This document shows, one piece after another, positions 1 through 13,900 of a stretch of DNA of 64,000 nt. A model generated the notes under the pieces. It did not search any database. It saw only the letters and a list, made by a program, of their open reading frames with translations, and was not told the DNA's origin. This DNA is from Fimbriosthenelais zetlandica (lineage: Eukaryota): NCBI GenBank assembly GCA_977030845.1, contig OZ365113.1, positions 19,034,001-19,098,000 of the forward strand. The letters are read 5' to 3'. The position numbers and the translations under genes were made by a program. Every line of letters starts with the position of its first letter. Positions within the stretch are counted from its first letter, which is position 1.

Positions 1-353
1 AGTTCATAAACAATTATTCCAAAACGTTATGGATCTCTCTATGAGATAAATAATGTCCAGCAACTCTAATATCAACGACGCGTCTCAGATTTTAAAATAA
101 ACATGTACTATCAAGCTGACCAGTAGAAAGAGTGTCCTGTCGTCGCAGGTGTATAGGGAGACAGGTTCAGTTCTGAGTCAGAGACGTAGCTTTTATTCAG
201 TGTCAAGCTTTCGTCATGGCTCACTGCTTTTGCGGTGGTCAGTCGGAGGAGGGGGTGGTGTGGTTAGGATTATGATTACGTTATAATCTCCAAGCTTTTG
301 TCATGCCTCACTAGGTTCTGCCTAGGCTGTGGGAGTCGGGACTCAGGAGGTTT

Positions 354-410
354 GGGGGATTAGGGTAAATAGGGAAAGGGGGTAATGTAGGTTAGGGTTG
401 TAGGGTGGGG
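354..410 (+). other. G-quadruplex-forming G-tract array
   Basis: Seven G3-5 tracts, including TTAGGG-like units; gggggattagggtaaatagggaaaggggg fits G3+N1-7 x4. Confidence 0.6.
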
Positions 411-525
411 ATGTAGTTTGTGTTAGAGTTGATGGTAGGGGTTCAAGTCTTGGTCTGGGCTGAGCTTTTACTCGCAGTGACTGATTGCTGCTGCACCGCT
501 GCTTGTGACTGACCAGTGGGCATAG

Positions 526-531
526 GTGAGT
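526..531 (+). promoter_or_regulatory. Consensus splice donor (TAG|GTGAGT) ending a GC-rich island; candidate non-coding exon end
   Basis: Strong donor consensus. A possible acceptor cctgtcgtcgcag ends at 148. No long ORF lies between them. Confidence 0.3.
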
Positions 532-3500
532 GAGAATACGTGTGGCATAGCTTTTTACCCCATAGGTGTGAAGCTTTCCTCGTAATTTTGAATAAGAGAA
601 TCAGTAGCCGGGATCAGTAGGCAACATAGGTAGTCCTGCGGAAAAGTTTTGAGCAGGACGCTACTCTGATTTATGGGTATGATATAGGGTGATATTGAAA
701 GTTTATTGAACAGTTCTGTAGTATATAATTCAGCATAGGTACTTTTGTTCAATTTTGCCTCTTCAACTTTGCCTCTATACTCGATGACACAAAGTTTGAT
801 GATATGCTACTCATCTCTCTCCATCCATGCAACTTTAACTGTGACAAGTCAGCTTGCATATATATAGTGCGCAATTTATAGTGAACATAAGTGACTTGAA
901 AAGTGGTAGATAAGAATGGCTTTTATTCACCGTGTGTGTAGGCTTTCATATGATTTATAAAATTGTTTGACACAAGACTCAAACTTGGTTAAGTTTACAT
1001 GACTGCCGCGAAACAAATATTATTTACAACTAAACGCATGTTGTAGGAAATGTGAAGAAAAAACGCTTTCATCTGAAATTTCCCAATATATTTCCAACTC
1101 CTTGTTTGTATTTCTTTCTAAATATTTCAATTTTCTGATACAAGATTAAATATTTGGAATAATGGATATGAAATAATCCATCGAAACACATGAATTACAG
1201 GTACTAGCGAGTGAAGTGGATGATTTCGGGGAAGGTTTGGGGAGGGCAACCTTGGGTGGGCGGTGGGGATGGGGTTGGGTATATCCCTGACTGATTCTAA
1301 TTTTTAAAAGTTTGTTATCATTGCCTAAAGGAAAATGTCATTGAAACAGTTTATTGTCGAAGAGGCCCAAAACAGAGCTATTTCTGAGCTTAAAAACCAT
1401 TCGCCCCTCCCCTCGTCCCCTCCCACCCTCCAGTTGTCTCCACCCCTCGTCGCGCCCCTAGTCTCTCACAAATTTATATGCTATATTATATGGATAGCTA
1501 TATCAATACAAATGCTATCGTTGGATAAGTATTGTCAAATGCATATTCATGAATATTTCGTGCCTGTCCTATCACCCGTTTTTTTTTTGCACAATCCGTC
1601 TCACAAACGAGCAGACCGTACAGGCCCTTATTTCCAGGCCTGCCAATCGTATGTTGCATGTGACTCACGTGATAACAAAAACACGATCGTTATATGTATG
1701 AGTAATTTTTGTCGATATTGACCCAGACTAAATCATTGTTTGGATCGTATATTTATACTGGTAGATGTGCCATTTTTCTAGGTCAAAAACATGTCCCAAC
1801 ATTGTAGTTTACATAATATAGTATGCATATATCTGGACGAGTTTAGATAATTTCACCGTTTTATGTTGTGATCATTGCATAGTGAAAAGTAAGCCAGACA
1901 AGACCTGGGGACAATCAATGAGCTTCAGTCAAATGATTAATTGATACCGGTTGAGTTTAATGAAGCGTGAAAAATTCATATACACATATGTGGGTAATAT
2001 AAAAGATATTTGCACAATATACAACTATGGACAAAGTAATTGTCATATGGGAAAGGCCTATAAAACCCACATAAAAAACATAAATGACACAATGCATCAA
2101 ATGGAGTGAACGACACAGACTGACACATGTGAAAAGGTCCCATTTGGGCATAGAAAGCCTGAAGTGAGTGTTCAGTTGGCAATTAATGGGGCTGGGGTTT
2201 GTGCTATAGGTATTCACATGAAGCAGCGTGGATTTGAACTCCGGTAGTGGCCTTGTGATTTATGGGCGGCTGGCCAGTAGTATGTATAATGTAACACGAT
2301 GCATAATGCATGTCATTAGAGCAAGCCTTTGATCTACCTCTGCCTTAGTTGTATGCACCTGCTGACCCGTTTCAATAACATTCCACTCATCATTACACAT
2401 GTGATCTACCTACACGAGTGATAATACCATGAAACCACCAGGGTATTAATCAATTATTAATGCCTCAAACCTGCCTTCTTCCACTATAAGTGAGAGTTCC
2501 ACGAGGCTGGACCAATGCGTATATGCATTGAAAATGCCAATGAGAAAGAGCTGCTCAATGGGATAGGGGCCATGTAATTAGCATTCACAAATACAATACT
2601 CGGGCTTATAATATATTGAGCAAGGATTTATTATAGCAGAAATTGACAAGCTCATTCGCATAAGCGGCATTAATGAACTGGTCTAGCAGACCGCTGAGCC
2701 AAGTATACCACAGACACCAGGGTTGGGTCTACCGTAATAAATTCTGCTGTTGGATCCCAATAAGCCAGGGCTGGCTGGCCTTGGCTCAGTCCCTAGTCTC
2801 TCTAGTAGTGATAGTACTACTACTGCTACAACTATACTACTATTACTACTCCAATCACAATCACATCCCAGCTGCTAGGCCAGAAGATCAAGACCAGCAA
2901 AAGGAAGGCAGCTATATAGGCGAGCCATTCACCCTTACAGAACTGGGTCTTCCTCCTCTCCCACACGCTTTTATGTGTCTAAGTGTTTTAGCCCCACCTA
3001 CACAATCTGTGGTGTGTATAAACACAGGGCCAGAGATACATGTGTGGACTGGTGTGGTTAACATAGCCAGAGATCATCTATAGAGACCCAGGCATGTGAC
3101 AGACCTCCACCCTCACCACTGGATTTATACAAGGCTATAGTCTGTAGGCCACATGTTCACTTATCACATTATAAAGTAACATGTGATTGTCAATGTCCAT
3201 ATAATATACTGGGAATGCAGCTGTGCTCTTGTTTGGGTTTCCACCACAACAATATGAAGGTCTCAATCTTTTATTGACATTATGAGAACACCTTGAGCCA
3301 TGGCGATATTAGGTGAAGGCTGTCCTCCCTGAGCTGCTCTTTCTCGGGTTCGATTGGAAGTATTCAATGAGCAGGAGAGGTGGTGGATTGATTATAGGTG
3401 ATTGATCCCCACCACCTCTAGTAGTATTATAGCTACACACTGTGTATGTTAATAATCCACACTATATAAGAGGTCTTGCTTTATACTCCCACCATATATA

Positions 3501-6061
3501 GGACAGACACTGATCCTCAAGTGGTTAGGATAAATCTGGAGCAGGCCTGACTGGTGTTAGTGGTGGTGATGTGACGATGGTGGTGGAGGAGGAGGAGGCA
3601 GTGGTTGGATTTTTTGGTTGTGAATCAGTGAGTGAGCCAGTGAGTGAGTGCTTGTTGTCATTAAAGCTGTGCTGTATAGGACACGGCTGATTTACTCACT
3701 CAAGCTCAGCCTCATTGTGCATACGGAGGATCACCTTTGTTGACAAGTGTTCAATCATTGGAATATAAACAGAGAAGCAGGAGGAGCAGTGCTCAGCAGC
3801 TGCTGCTGTAGGCGGCAGGAGCAGCAGCAGTGAGAAAGACTATACATACATGCTGCAATGAAGAGAGAAAGAGAAAGATCTCAGAGAGAGTGTGGGAGGA
3901 CCCTCTTCTTGCATCACTACCACCTCCACCTCCACAAGCGCAAATAACAGCAGCACCCAGCCAACAGCAGATGGCCATAGCTAGCATCAACAACATACAG
4001 CAGATGCTCAAGGATCCACCATCTGCTGAGATGATCCTAGAGCACTGGGTTGTCACGTTTTAGCTGTGATGTTGTTATTGTAAGAGACATCGACCATGAA
4101 ATTGCAGCTTTAATAGACCCCAACCCCAGTTATACATTACCTGACATTTGCTCGGCCAGGTGTGGCAATAGCTCACCCACCAACCCTTTTTTGTGAGCAG
4201 CCCAAACCCAGACAGACCGTGGGTGTATGAGTGGTTGAGTGCACTACTACTACTACTATCGGTACTACTCTCGGGTTGCCAGAACTAGGGCTTGACATGC
4301 CTGGTCTGTAGCATGGAGCCTCCCTTGTGCCCTCATTCTCTGTGCTGGGTTACCGTGCCAGTCAGCTGACAGCAACTCTCTAGGTACAACAGGCATGTAC
4401 CACCTCCAGTATACATAAGAAAGACTGTATCTTGTTAGAACTACACACAAGAAGTATACTGCTGAACACAACCTCAGCCTGACATGCACTTGGATGTATA
4501 CAGCACCATGAACACTAGGCTTGAGAATAATGATAACCGAGTTCATTGGGAATTTATACTGCACAAAAAAGAGGTCAGCAATGCCTGATTCAACCTGGCA
4601 GCCACCTATATAGTACTACGTGAACAGCTGTGGGGATATCGGCATTATATAGCTCTCATTACATGAAGTCCTCACTTATTTCTACTGTCCAAGGCTGCAA
4701 AGAGCAATAACAAGGTAAAAGGGGTGTTTTTTTGTGAGAAAGTTGGGTGTGTGGGTGTGAGGTGTGTGATTATGGTTTTAACAGGGGACGAGTGGTGGCT
4801 GGGGTAGAGTCAGCTGTTGGTAGTCCTGTCACGCATCCTGCTACTTAGTTCTCAGCTCATGCCACAAGGCACACTACCACTCATATAGACCATATATATA
4901 CCTGGATCACAGACAAGAGTGCTGATGCTTGCCTATGTATACCCACACAAAATATACATATATAATATACCATCACAATTTATCACATCTGCACAGGCAC
5001 TTTATTATATACATAAAATGTCATAGCACCTGGAGACTTGTCTGGTCCCAGTTGTGCGGAATGCCATAATGTGTGAATATTTCAGATTTAAAGGTAGTCT
5101 GTTTTTCAAAGTGGGACATGCATAACCTGGTTGTCAGACGTGAATTGATTCTCTGTCTAGAGCACGGCCTACTAGTCGGGCTTGGAATACACAATTTAAC
5201 TCAAATAGGTCAAATTGCATTCATTCCAAAAATGACAGCAACAGTTTGCCATTGGGAGATATGTTCTCTTTTGTAATTCTACACACTACGTAATTTCATC
5301 AAGGCGAGATAAATGATGATGTCATTAGTAGAGCATTATTTGATCATTGACTTTTCTTTCATGTAATGGATTTTGAAAGACACAATATTAAATGATCATT
5401 ATGCCTGTTATCTGAGATCGTAAAATGATCAATTACACTTTATGATACAGGCCTTATTGTCGGTTTATATTATAGCTTCACAGATATAAATGTCGTATCA
5501 GTTTCTCTACTTAGAGAACAACATTATATAGCAATGTACAAATCATGCGTCGTTCCTGTGGGGATGCTAACACCTGTATGCTTACTCGGCTGTATCCCAT
5601 TATCTATCAGACTAGCCTGTCTGAGTGCCATACAAATCTATATACCTCTATTACTCTATCCACTCCGCAGTGTTAAAACCTTCCCCTGGCAGTTTCCCCA
5701 TGAAAAAGTTAGTATGTACGATGCTAACTTGTTATGTGATGTGGAATAATATTTATAGATACTGCATATTAGTAGACTCATTTTTTCATGGTCCCATGTC
5801 TGGACTCGGCTGAATTTCTTTTTTCTTGTGGGATCATTTCAGAGAAATCGACAGGTCTGTATGATTGATATCGCATTCATTAAGAAAATTAAGAAAGATC
5901 ATGACCTGATGTCAATTATGCATGTACAAAGATTTATTAATTATATATCTCAGATTATTGTTACATGCACTGTTAAAACTCATGACGGTGTATCACCGTT
6001 TAAACTATTGTTAAAACGGCGAGAAAACTGGTGATTCGACGCCCACCGTTTGAACCCATCT

Positions 6062-6103
6062 ATGGTTGCCGTTTTGGTGTCATGGTTGCCGTTTTGGCGC
6101 CAT
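6062..6103. repeat. 20-bp tandem duplication (atggttgccgttttggYGYC x2)
   Basis: Units 6062-6081 and 6082-6101, 18/20 identical. Confidence 0.9.
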
Positions 6104-9100
6104 TCTGTGGAAAAGGACAGTGTTTAAACCCGCTTACATGAAACAATGCTCTGTTAGTTGGTTCAATACCTGTACATTTACATTGATTTTCTATAGTAAG
6201 AATTAACAAGAACCTTTCCCCGTGCAGCCATACATTATATACTTTTGGACCGTGAAGAGATCCATCTTAAGATAGAGAGTTGTGTAACAGGACATGTTAC
6301 AAGCTGGCAGCTCTGTGGGCATTAATGGCATTCTATACCTCCAACCCGGCAGTTTTAACCAATGCCAAATAACACTTGTACACCTGTGTGGTAATATGCC
6401 GAATATGTGAATGGATTGAAGACAGGTAATTGCATGAAAATGACATAGATCAATGTCTGCTGCAATTAGTATTGTTTTACTGCATAGGTTAAGTATTTAT
6501 AACTTAGTTATATTTATTTGAAAAATGAACTCCGATGTACTGATTTATGTCACTTCATTTGATGTAATATAATATAGTAGTCATAGTCAGTGTTTTCGAT
6601 CTTCTTTAGTCTATGCAGTCTCCATGCCATGTTACTGTCTTATAAATGAGGCTTATTTGACATGCTCGAATACTTATTCCCACATTTAAAAAGTATTGTT
6701 GTTTTTAGATAGATCAATGTGGTGCTACCCCTCAGTAAGTACTATTGCTTTTCACCAGAGAAAGATGTGCACATGAAGAGTATATATACTCTTTATGAAC
6801 TGGTGCTTACATTCTATAGGCCTATAGGTATTTATGCCGTAAACTAAAGAAATATACATTCACAGTGCCATAACTGCATGAATGTGATGAATTTCTAGCA
6901 TCTTATGAGGAACCACAGCTATACCACGGCTCTCCTTTCTGAAACTGAACATCTACCTGTTCCTCGATCCTCTCATATTTAACCATAGATGTCTATGATT
7001 TTGGTATTATTTCCCTACTTTGCTGACTAGGTTTTTCTCACCAACTGGCAGTCATTGTTGTCATGAGTGGACAGAGCCTTTGCTTGAATGATTAATTTTT
7101 CATCAGGTATAAAGGTATGACATAATGCCATGCCATGTCACGCACCTGTCGGCTAATACAACTGACCAGTGTGTTCATTGTGAGTAGTATATGTAATCTG
7201 GACATATGCTCGGGGAGCAGATTACTCAAACGCAGCAACATTACATTAAAGGTTAATTAATTCAGTGCTTTCCTATGTTGATTAATTCGAAACTAAGTTG
7301 TTCATTTCACGCCCCAGCTCCGTATCTGGTGATGTATAGATCTGTCAGTGTCAGGCTGCCCTGAAGGTCACGTTACAACTCTCACACAAACCACACCAGA
7401 TTTAAGGTCATGCGGTTTGTGCTGGTCTGAGGGAGTTCCCTGTCAATGTGTACTTGTGATCCACACTTAGTACTGAAGTATTACCAACCTGTAGAGTGTT
7501 ATAATCATTATAATCATTGCGGTGTAGTGATTAGAACTGCTGATGCGGGCTCAGATTGCTTGCCAAGTGTATGTCTCAATGATGATTGTCATCATTATCA
7601 ATCCATCCGTCAATCAGTTAATTCTTTATTCAGTTTCATTAAGTGGTAAATATTCTGCCGAGTAGTCAGGAAGTAACATACAATGTATATGAATAATTAC
7701 AGATTTGCATATCTACTAGTGTATACATAATGTCATTATAATGATGGGCCACTTTACAATATCACTGTGTATAGATGGTTGCACGATTGTGTATATAAAT
7801 AATATGCAGCACAATGAATCTCAGAAATACAAAGTAAGAATACTAAGTAGCTGAAAGCACAAATGAAGTTTCAACAAGAATAACATTTTAGAGAGAGATT
7901 GCTAAGAGTTGTTTTATCGTTCCTGGGGCAATGTGTGCACACATGTTGTCTAAATAAGCTTTTCTACAGCAGACAGTCGTCCCCTCTCTATAACTATTTA
8001 AATGTTGTCATAAGTAGTGCCTCATTTTCTGTCGCATCGCTAATAGAATAGCAAGCGCTATCGACCTTTCCAAATGCCGGGCCTCTTACCTGAAGCCCCT
8101 AAACCACTGAGATCATGTCTGCCTTATTTTCAGCGTGTCATAACTCATAATATGAAAGTTATTCTTTAGAATTTCTTTTCTTACAAGGCAAACCAATTTT
8201 TGCTGGTTGTTCCAATAATCTTTTTAAAAAGACTCGTAGTTTCCAGAAAACGATCAATGGAAACCTGCTCCCTTCCCCGCCTTGTATAATCTATCAATAT
8301 TAGAATAAAGGGAATTTATAATCAAGTTTTTCATCGATTGCTTTTTAAGGAGGCTGCATGTGTACACTTCAAACAGGGCAGACCTTTAATGATGCAATGA
8401 TTCCAAAGTGTATGCATTTTTAAGCTTTTCATTGCATTGTAGACCTACGTGTGCTTTTTCTCGCAAACATATGCAACTATAAATGCCTTTTTATCAATGA
8501 TCTTTCTTCCTATGGACACACTTGTATTTTAAATAGCCTTCATTAGTTATTGCGACTAGTGAAAATGCCATGTTAATAATTAGTCCCACCTTTCCTATCA
8601 CTAGCCGGATTGGTGCCTGTCTGAGTTCACGATAGAAAGTGATAATACATGCCGAGTAACAGATAGCATGAATGACAAAAGGAGAAGGCGCCTGTAGAGG
8701 TTAATAGTTCACGAGATCACTACTAGGTGACACTAGTGGGTGTGTGCAGAGCATAGGTTGTAACGGCTGGTCGCCTGTATGTTTTGCCTTTTATGAAAAA
8801 TTCATGCCTTCCCTATTGATCTTTCTGAAGAAATTATGCTTGAAAGTGAACTTTTATTTGTGATCATGCGTTTCTTTATAATAGACAAAAGAACGACAAT
8901 GGAGCATTAAGTGTTTCACCTGAAAGGAACTGTATATGCTTGGGATGATGTTGTATCGTAGATTTAATCAGTCGATCATTGTAACGCCTTTTATGTAATT
9001 AGGAAACACAATTTTGATAAGTCTATATTATTATCACGAGGGGAATATGCATATCCAATGATTTTGGGAACTCGTCTTGTGACATTATCAATTCATCACA

Positions 9101-10795
9101 TCGCTTTCGTAACTTTAATTCCAAAAGACATTTTCTTGTATCATTGAGATGGATCCTGTTTATTTGTAATGGTCCTTGTTTTCCACAGACCTCAGTATAA
9201 AAACTCCTGCGTAATTATGAGGCATCTGGCATAATTGATCCAGTAATTGGAGCACGTCGCCTTTAACATCCCATACTATGGTTCCTCCCTGAAACAAGCG
9301 TCAAATGAATTTCTTTCCAGACAGTTCTAATCTGGGCGAAAAGATTGACAAATGTAGGACACTGTAACTTACAGTGTACTATTAAAACACCGCTAGCTAG
9401 ATTTGAGTGCAGGAAGATCAAATGCATCCAGCTACCCCCATTAAATACAGGTGCCTCACTCACTGAAGCTGGATCGTCCAAAATAACCACAACTATCTCT
9501 TATTCATCAATAGTTGTTAATTATGTAAGGAGTAATAGTAATAGTCACAGCATGTCATGATGTTTATGTATATTCCCTTGGCAAAGCTACATATAAGTAG
9601 TGAGTGCGCTGGTGAGATAGTAAGGTTACGAGTATTATGTCCTTGTGGTGGTTATCATCTTACTTTATGAGATATCAATGGCTTAATTCATTGTAGCTTT
9701 AACCTTGGATCCTTGGATATGTAGAATATGTGACCATACTTAATGCATTAACTCCACCAGACAACATTAAATTGTTTCCCATTTAATTTCACTCGTTAAC
9801 TACTCCTGACTATACATTTCGGATAAAAGTATCTTGTATATATACCTACCTTTTCCCTGCCAGCATGATTTGAAATCAATTGAAATGAACTTACGTCGAT
9901 ATGTTGTTTTTTCAATTTTATCAATTTCAATCGTCTAACAAAAAATGAAGTGTTATGAGGTGCATGCATGGGCGGCACCTTTCTGCTACTCTGACTTGGT
10001 GTACATCAATAATACATGGTATTTCAACAAATGTCTAAGGCTTCAAAAGCTGAACTTTGAATCATTTAAATCAGAAAACCTAACCTTCCTTTTTATTCAT
10101 CCTATCCATTCAATTCATTTAATGTGCCATATGCATACATTAATATGCTATTGTCCAACACTGATGATGGGCCTTGTCTTAACATACATCATAACATGTT
10201 GGCTGTGTGAGAAATTGTAACGCTACCTACTCCCAACGGTTGGTACAGCGCGAACCAAGCAGAAGCTCCATGCAGATGTAATGGTTAGGATTTTGAAGCT
10301 AGAGAACTATTATTAAAATATTCCTAAAATCTATCGGACGTCTATCAGCCTGTCATTGTCATATATACGGATCCATGGAAAGGACCTATAAAAATATATA
10401 TGATACAAACATTTGACAGTGCTGCGCTATTACTTGTATAATGACAGCTGTATGATTCAAATTGATAATGTTGTACACACTATGTAACTATAATGACCTC
10501 CAATTCCTATTCCGGCTCCGTAAATCTTAATATGACTACGAAGATGGGGTCCCCTATTGCAGACGGTGGTCATGTAGAAAGAGGTAGGGCCCTATAGTCA
10601 ACTTTACATGTATGTAAAACTTTTGTTCTAATTGACTTGCTGCACCAGCTGACCCTCACAAATCACTCTCGCCTGTATATAGTCGCTTTTTTCGCCTCAA
10701 CCTCCACTTTTGACCAGGTGTTAAATTATTACACACACTTTAATTACCAGATCACAATAAACACCCGTTACAGGCAAGTCGGTGCCTCCTCGATT

Positions 10796-10921
10796 CAAAC
10801 ATGGCTGCCGCCCTGATCTCTTACTCGCGTGTTTCGCTCCACTTCCGGTGGGGACGACCCCTCGTGGCCCATTCTCACCTTCCTGAGAGGAGAGGTTTAA
10901 TAAGTTTAGAATCACGTAAGA
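10796..10921 (+). promoter_or_regulatory. CpG-rich promoter/first-exon candidate (YY1/Kozak-like ATG, ETS site, donor GTAAGA)
   Basis: caaacATGGCTGCCGCC 10796-10812, CACTTCCGGT 10840-10849, donor-like GTAAGA 10916-10921. Confidence 0.35.
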
Positions 10922-13900
10922 GATTGGGAGGTGGGTGGTGCTGCACAAACGATATGCTCCCATTGAAACATCACTTGTCTGGCGGATGTGAAAAAGGAAG
11001 GAAAAAAAGCTTTTGTTAAAAACTGCCGGAGGTGCGGATCTTGTACTTGGCCTTAAGGGATTAGCTATTACAAGTAATGAGTCCATAGCAGCTAAGTGCC
11101 CCTGAAATCAACAAAGAAATGAGACATACGCAATTTTATACACCATTTACAAGGTGGTAATCTTCCATTCCTGTGTTCTCACTAGCCAGTATAATTATAT
11201 ACCCCTCCATGGGCAGTTACCCTTACTTTCCCTCCCTCGTCCCTCTTCTGCCGACAGTGTCTGCATTTAAAAATTGAAATAACAAGGAATACTACTAGCA
11301 GTTCTTGGAATTTTAGTTTTTGTTTGAAGCAGTAAAACGGTCAGCAGTACGAATATTATAGTCGATTGTCCTGAATTTTGATCTGAGCAGTACATATGAA
11401 ATCTGAAGCTCGCCCCTTGTTATAGTCACAAACGATATAGGCGAACTCATTCTGATCGGGGAGTATAGAGATATTTCAAACGCAATATAGACAGTGTATA
11501 TATCACTACTCGTTTTACAGTCAATATGCAAGTCATAAATTGCACTTCTCACAATGGTTGTATCCATGGACATTTCATCAGAGACCCATCCGCCAGAGAT
11601 TGTAGGTCACTCCTGAAGGGGCATTGGATGATAGGTAGCAATGAGAAAGATGGCGGGGAATAAGGCATGTTTGAATGATAGCAGATTTGTGTATACTCCA
11701 GGCACCGGGATATGAAGTTTCTTGCTTAGAGAATAGAACAATGATTGAAAACGGATAATGAATTAGGGGAGAAGCCAAACTCTGTCATAGCCATATAGAC
11801 ATATTTGAAGAAATCGCTATAACCATGATTAAATTCATGTGTTTGCTTTTCATTACAATATGTATCATTTTTACGTGCATTCCATTTCAGTACATGCCCT
11901 AAAATATTGTCCAGTACTTGTGTGCATATCATTCATTCAAATTCTGTTTGAATGGATTCTGAGTTACTTAGACACATTCTCAAGTACATGCAGTTTTTTG
12001 ATGTGTCCCCTAAGCTACTCGACTCCAGTAGAGGTGAATCGTAGGGAGTTTTTTTTATTTGCCAGCCTCTCTTCTGCCAGACTCCCCACCTGACAGTGTC
12101 TACCACCTTGAATAAACACAGAGTGAGATACACATCCTTCTTTCTAACACAGTTTATCCCCACACGTCACCTTATCGCGGCCCATCTAACTGCTCAGATT
12201 CAGTCATTTTGACCTCTTTTTATTTTTGCTTGGAACCATCTTCCCCACCGTGTTTTTAGGTGAGGAATCTTGCGTTGTAATCATATAGTTCTTCCACTAG
12301 ACCTGGCTTATATATTTCTTTTCTGTACAACTACAATTCTCCAGGCGATCTGGGTTAATTTTTCTTAAACTTTTCGATTTGAAATAGCAGGGTCACTAAT
12401 GGACGTTGCATAAGGTAAGGCTAGTGTAGTAGGCCTAAATTAATTTGCAACAGTATATTTCCCCTGTGCTTTTTTTAATGATGGACTGAGAACCAGTTGC
12501 GTCTGAACTAAGTAACCTTACGAACCAGAAAAATTGAAGCAAGCTAGAAAAATACCTCCACCGCCTCCCACTTTGCCATTAGTACCCACCCACGAACCCC
12601 TGTCTTGTAATCCTAGAAAAGGGTGCATGCCTTGGGCGGCTATATCGTACGTTAAAACTGGTAGTTACCGTAAATACACACAGCGCGCCCCCTAGGATGT
12701 GTCAGTCAGGGTGATCTTAGCAGGAAAGTTGAATATTAAGTTTCTTCCTCGACTATAAGTGGCAGGTTTGGGGAAGGTTTTTATGGGAGGCCCACCATGC
12801 CACTGAACTGGGGTCGGATTCAGAAAAAAACAACCCCAGTGAGATTCATAGTGCATCGAATTAAAAAGATGTTTCACAAAGTAGGTAAAAGTTAATAAAA
12901 ATTGCATAATTAAATAATACGTAAAGTTCGAACTCCCAATTGCTATAATTTTTTGTTTGATCTCGTATTAATTTGATAAGTTTTAAATACAGCAGCCCTC
13001 GTAAATTTTGTGACGTAAGAGCCTTTCCCGGGAGCTATTTTGTGTAACTTCCCCCACTGTACCCATGTTTTTACCTCCCCAACCAGTCTAGAACTTATCA
13101 GCCGCAGCTTGCTAGCGCTTGGAGAGCTCGTCACATGTTTTTCATTGATACAGATTTCTTTAAAAATACCTGTTACTACCTCATAATTATTTAGCCTGTC
13201 AGTTGTCCTGCCTTCTGAGTACTTACATAGATTTGACTGGTGCACCAATCTCCATGAGACATTTCACAATAACTTTGCAATATAATTTTTAGTATACATG
13301 TACATATATCTAGGCATGGAACTTATAATATGCAATTAAGACTGGGATTCACTGCATTAAGCATTAGAATAAGTTCCCATGCAGTACAGTTAAAGGCACA
13401 ATGCCAAGGGACCATTTCTGAAAGGCAACCTTAGCAGGCCAATAAAGTGTGAAGATATTTTGTTCTCGTGTCTTTGAACAGTAAAAAAACCCACTGAAAA
13501 TAGTAGTTTGAATATCCATTAATACCTAAGCGAAAATATAAAATGTCAGATGTTGCAAGTGGAAATGGTTACCACGTTCTGCCGGCACCTTAAATGCCAG
13601 CTGATCATGATGTACTCATCCGATCATTTCTAACGCATGTCTGACTCGAAGAAGGAAAAATACACGACTATACGAAGTAAAATAAATAAACCTTTATCTT
13701 TAACTTTTTGTGTTGAAGATATAAACTGGAGAGTAATGTCCTTTACAGCGTTTCCTGTATACATCGTGTGATCTGTGTCTGGTTTGCATTATACCCATAT
13801 TTCAATTTTTCTGCTGTTTTCTGCACTTTCACTTGTGAATGGAGGAAATAACTTCTTCTTGACATCCCTTCCTCAGTGATTTCCATATTCATCAAGTTAT

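Noticed and set aside
2230-2242. B-box-like GGAGTTCAAATCC on the - strand
   Set aside because: No A-box at the proper spacing, no cloverleaf and no SINE body or tail.
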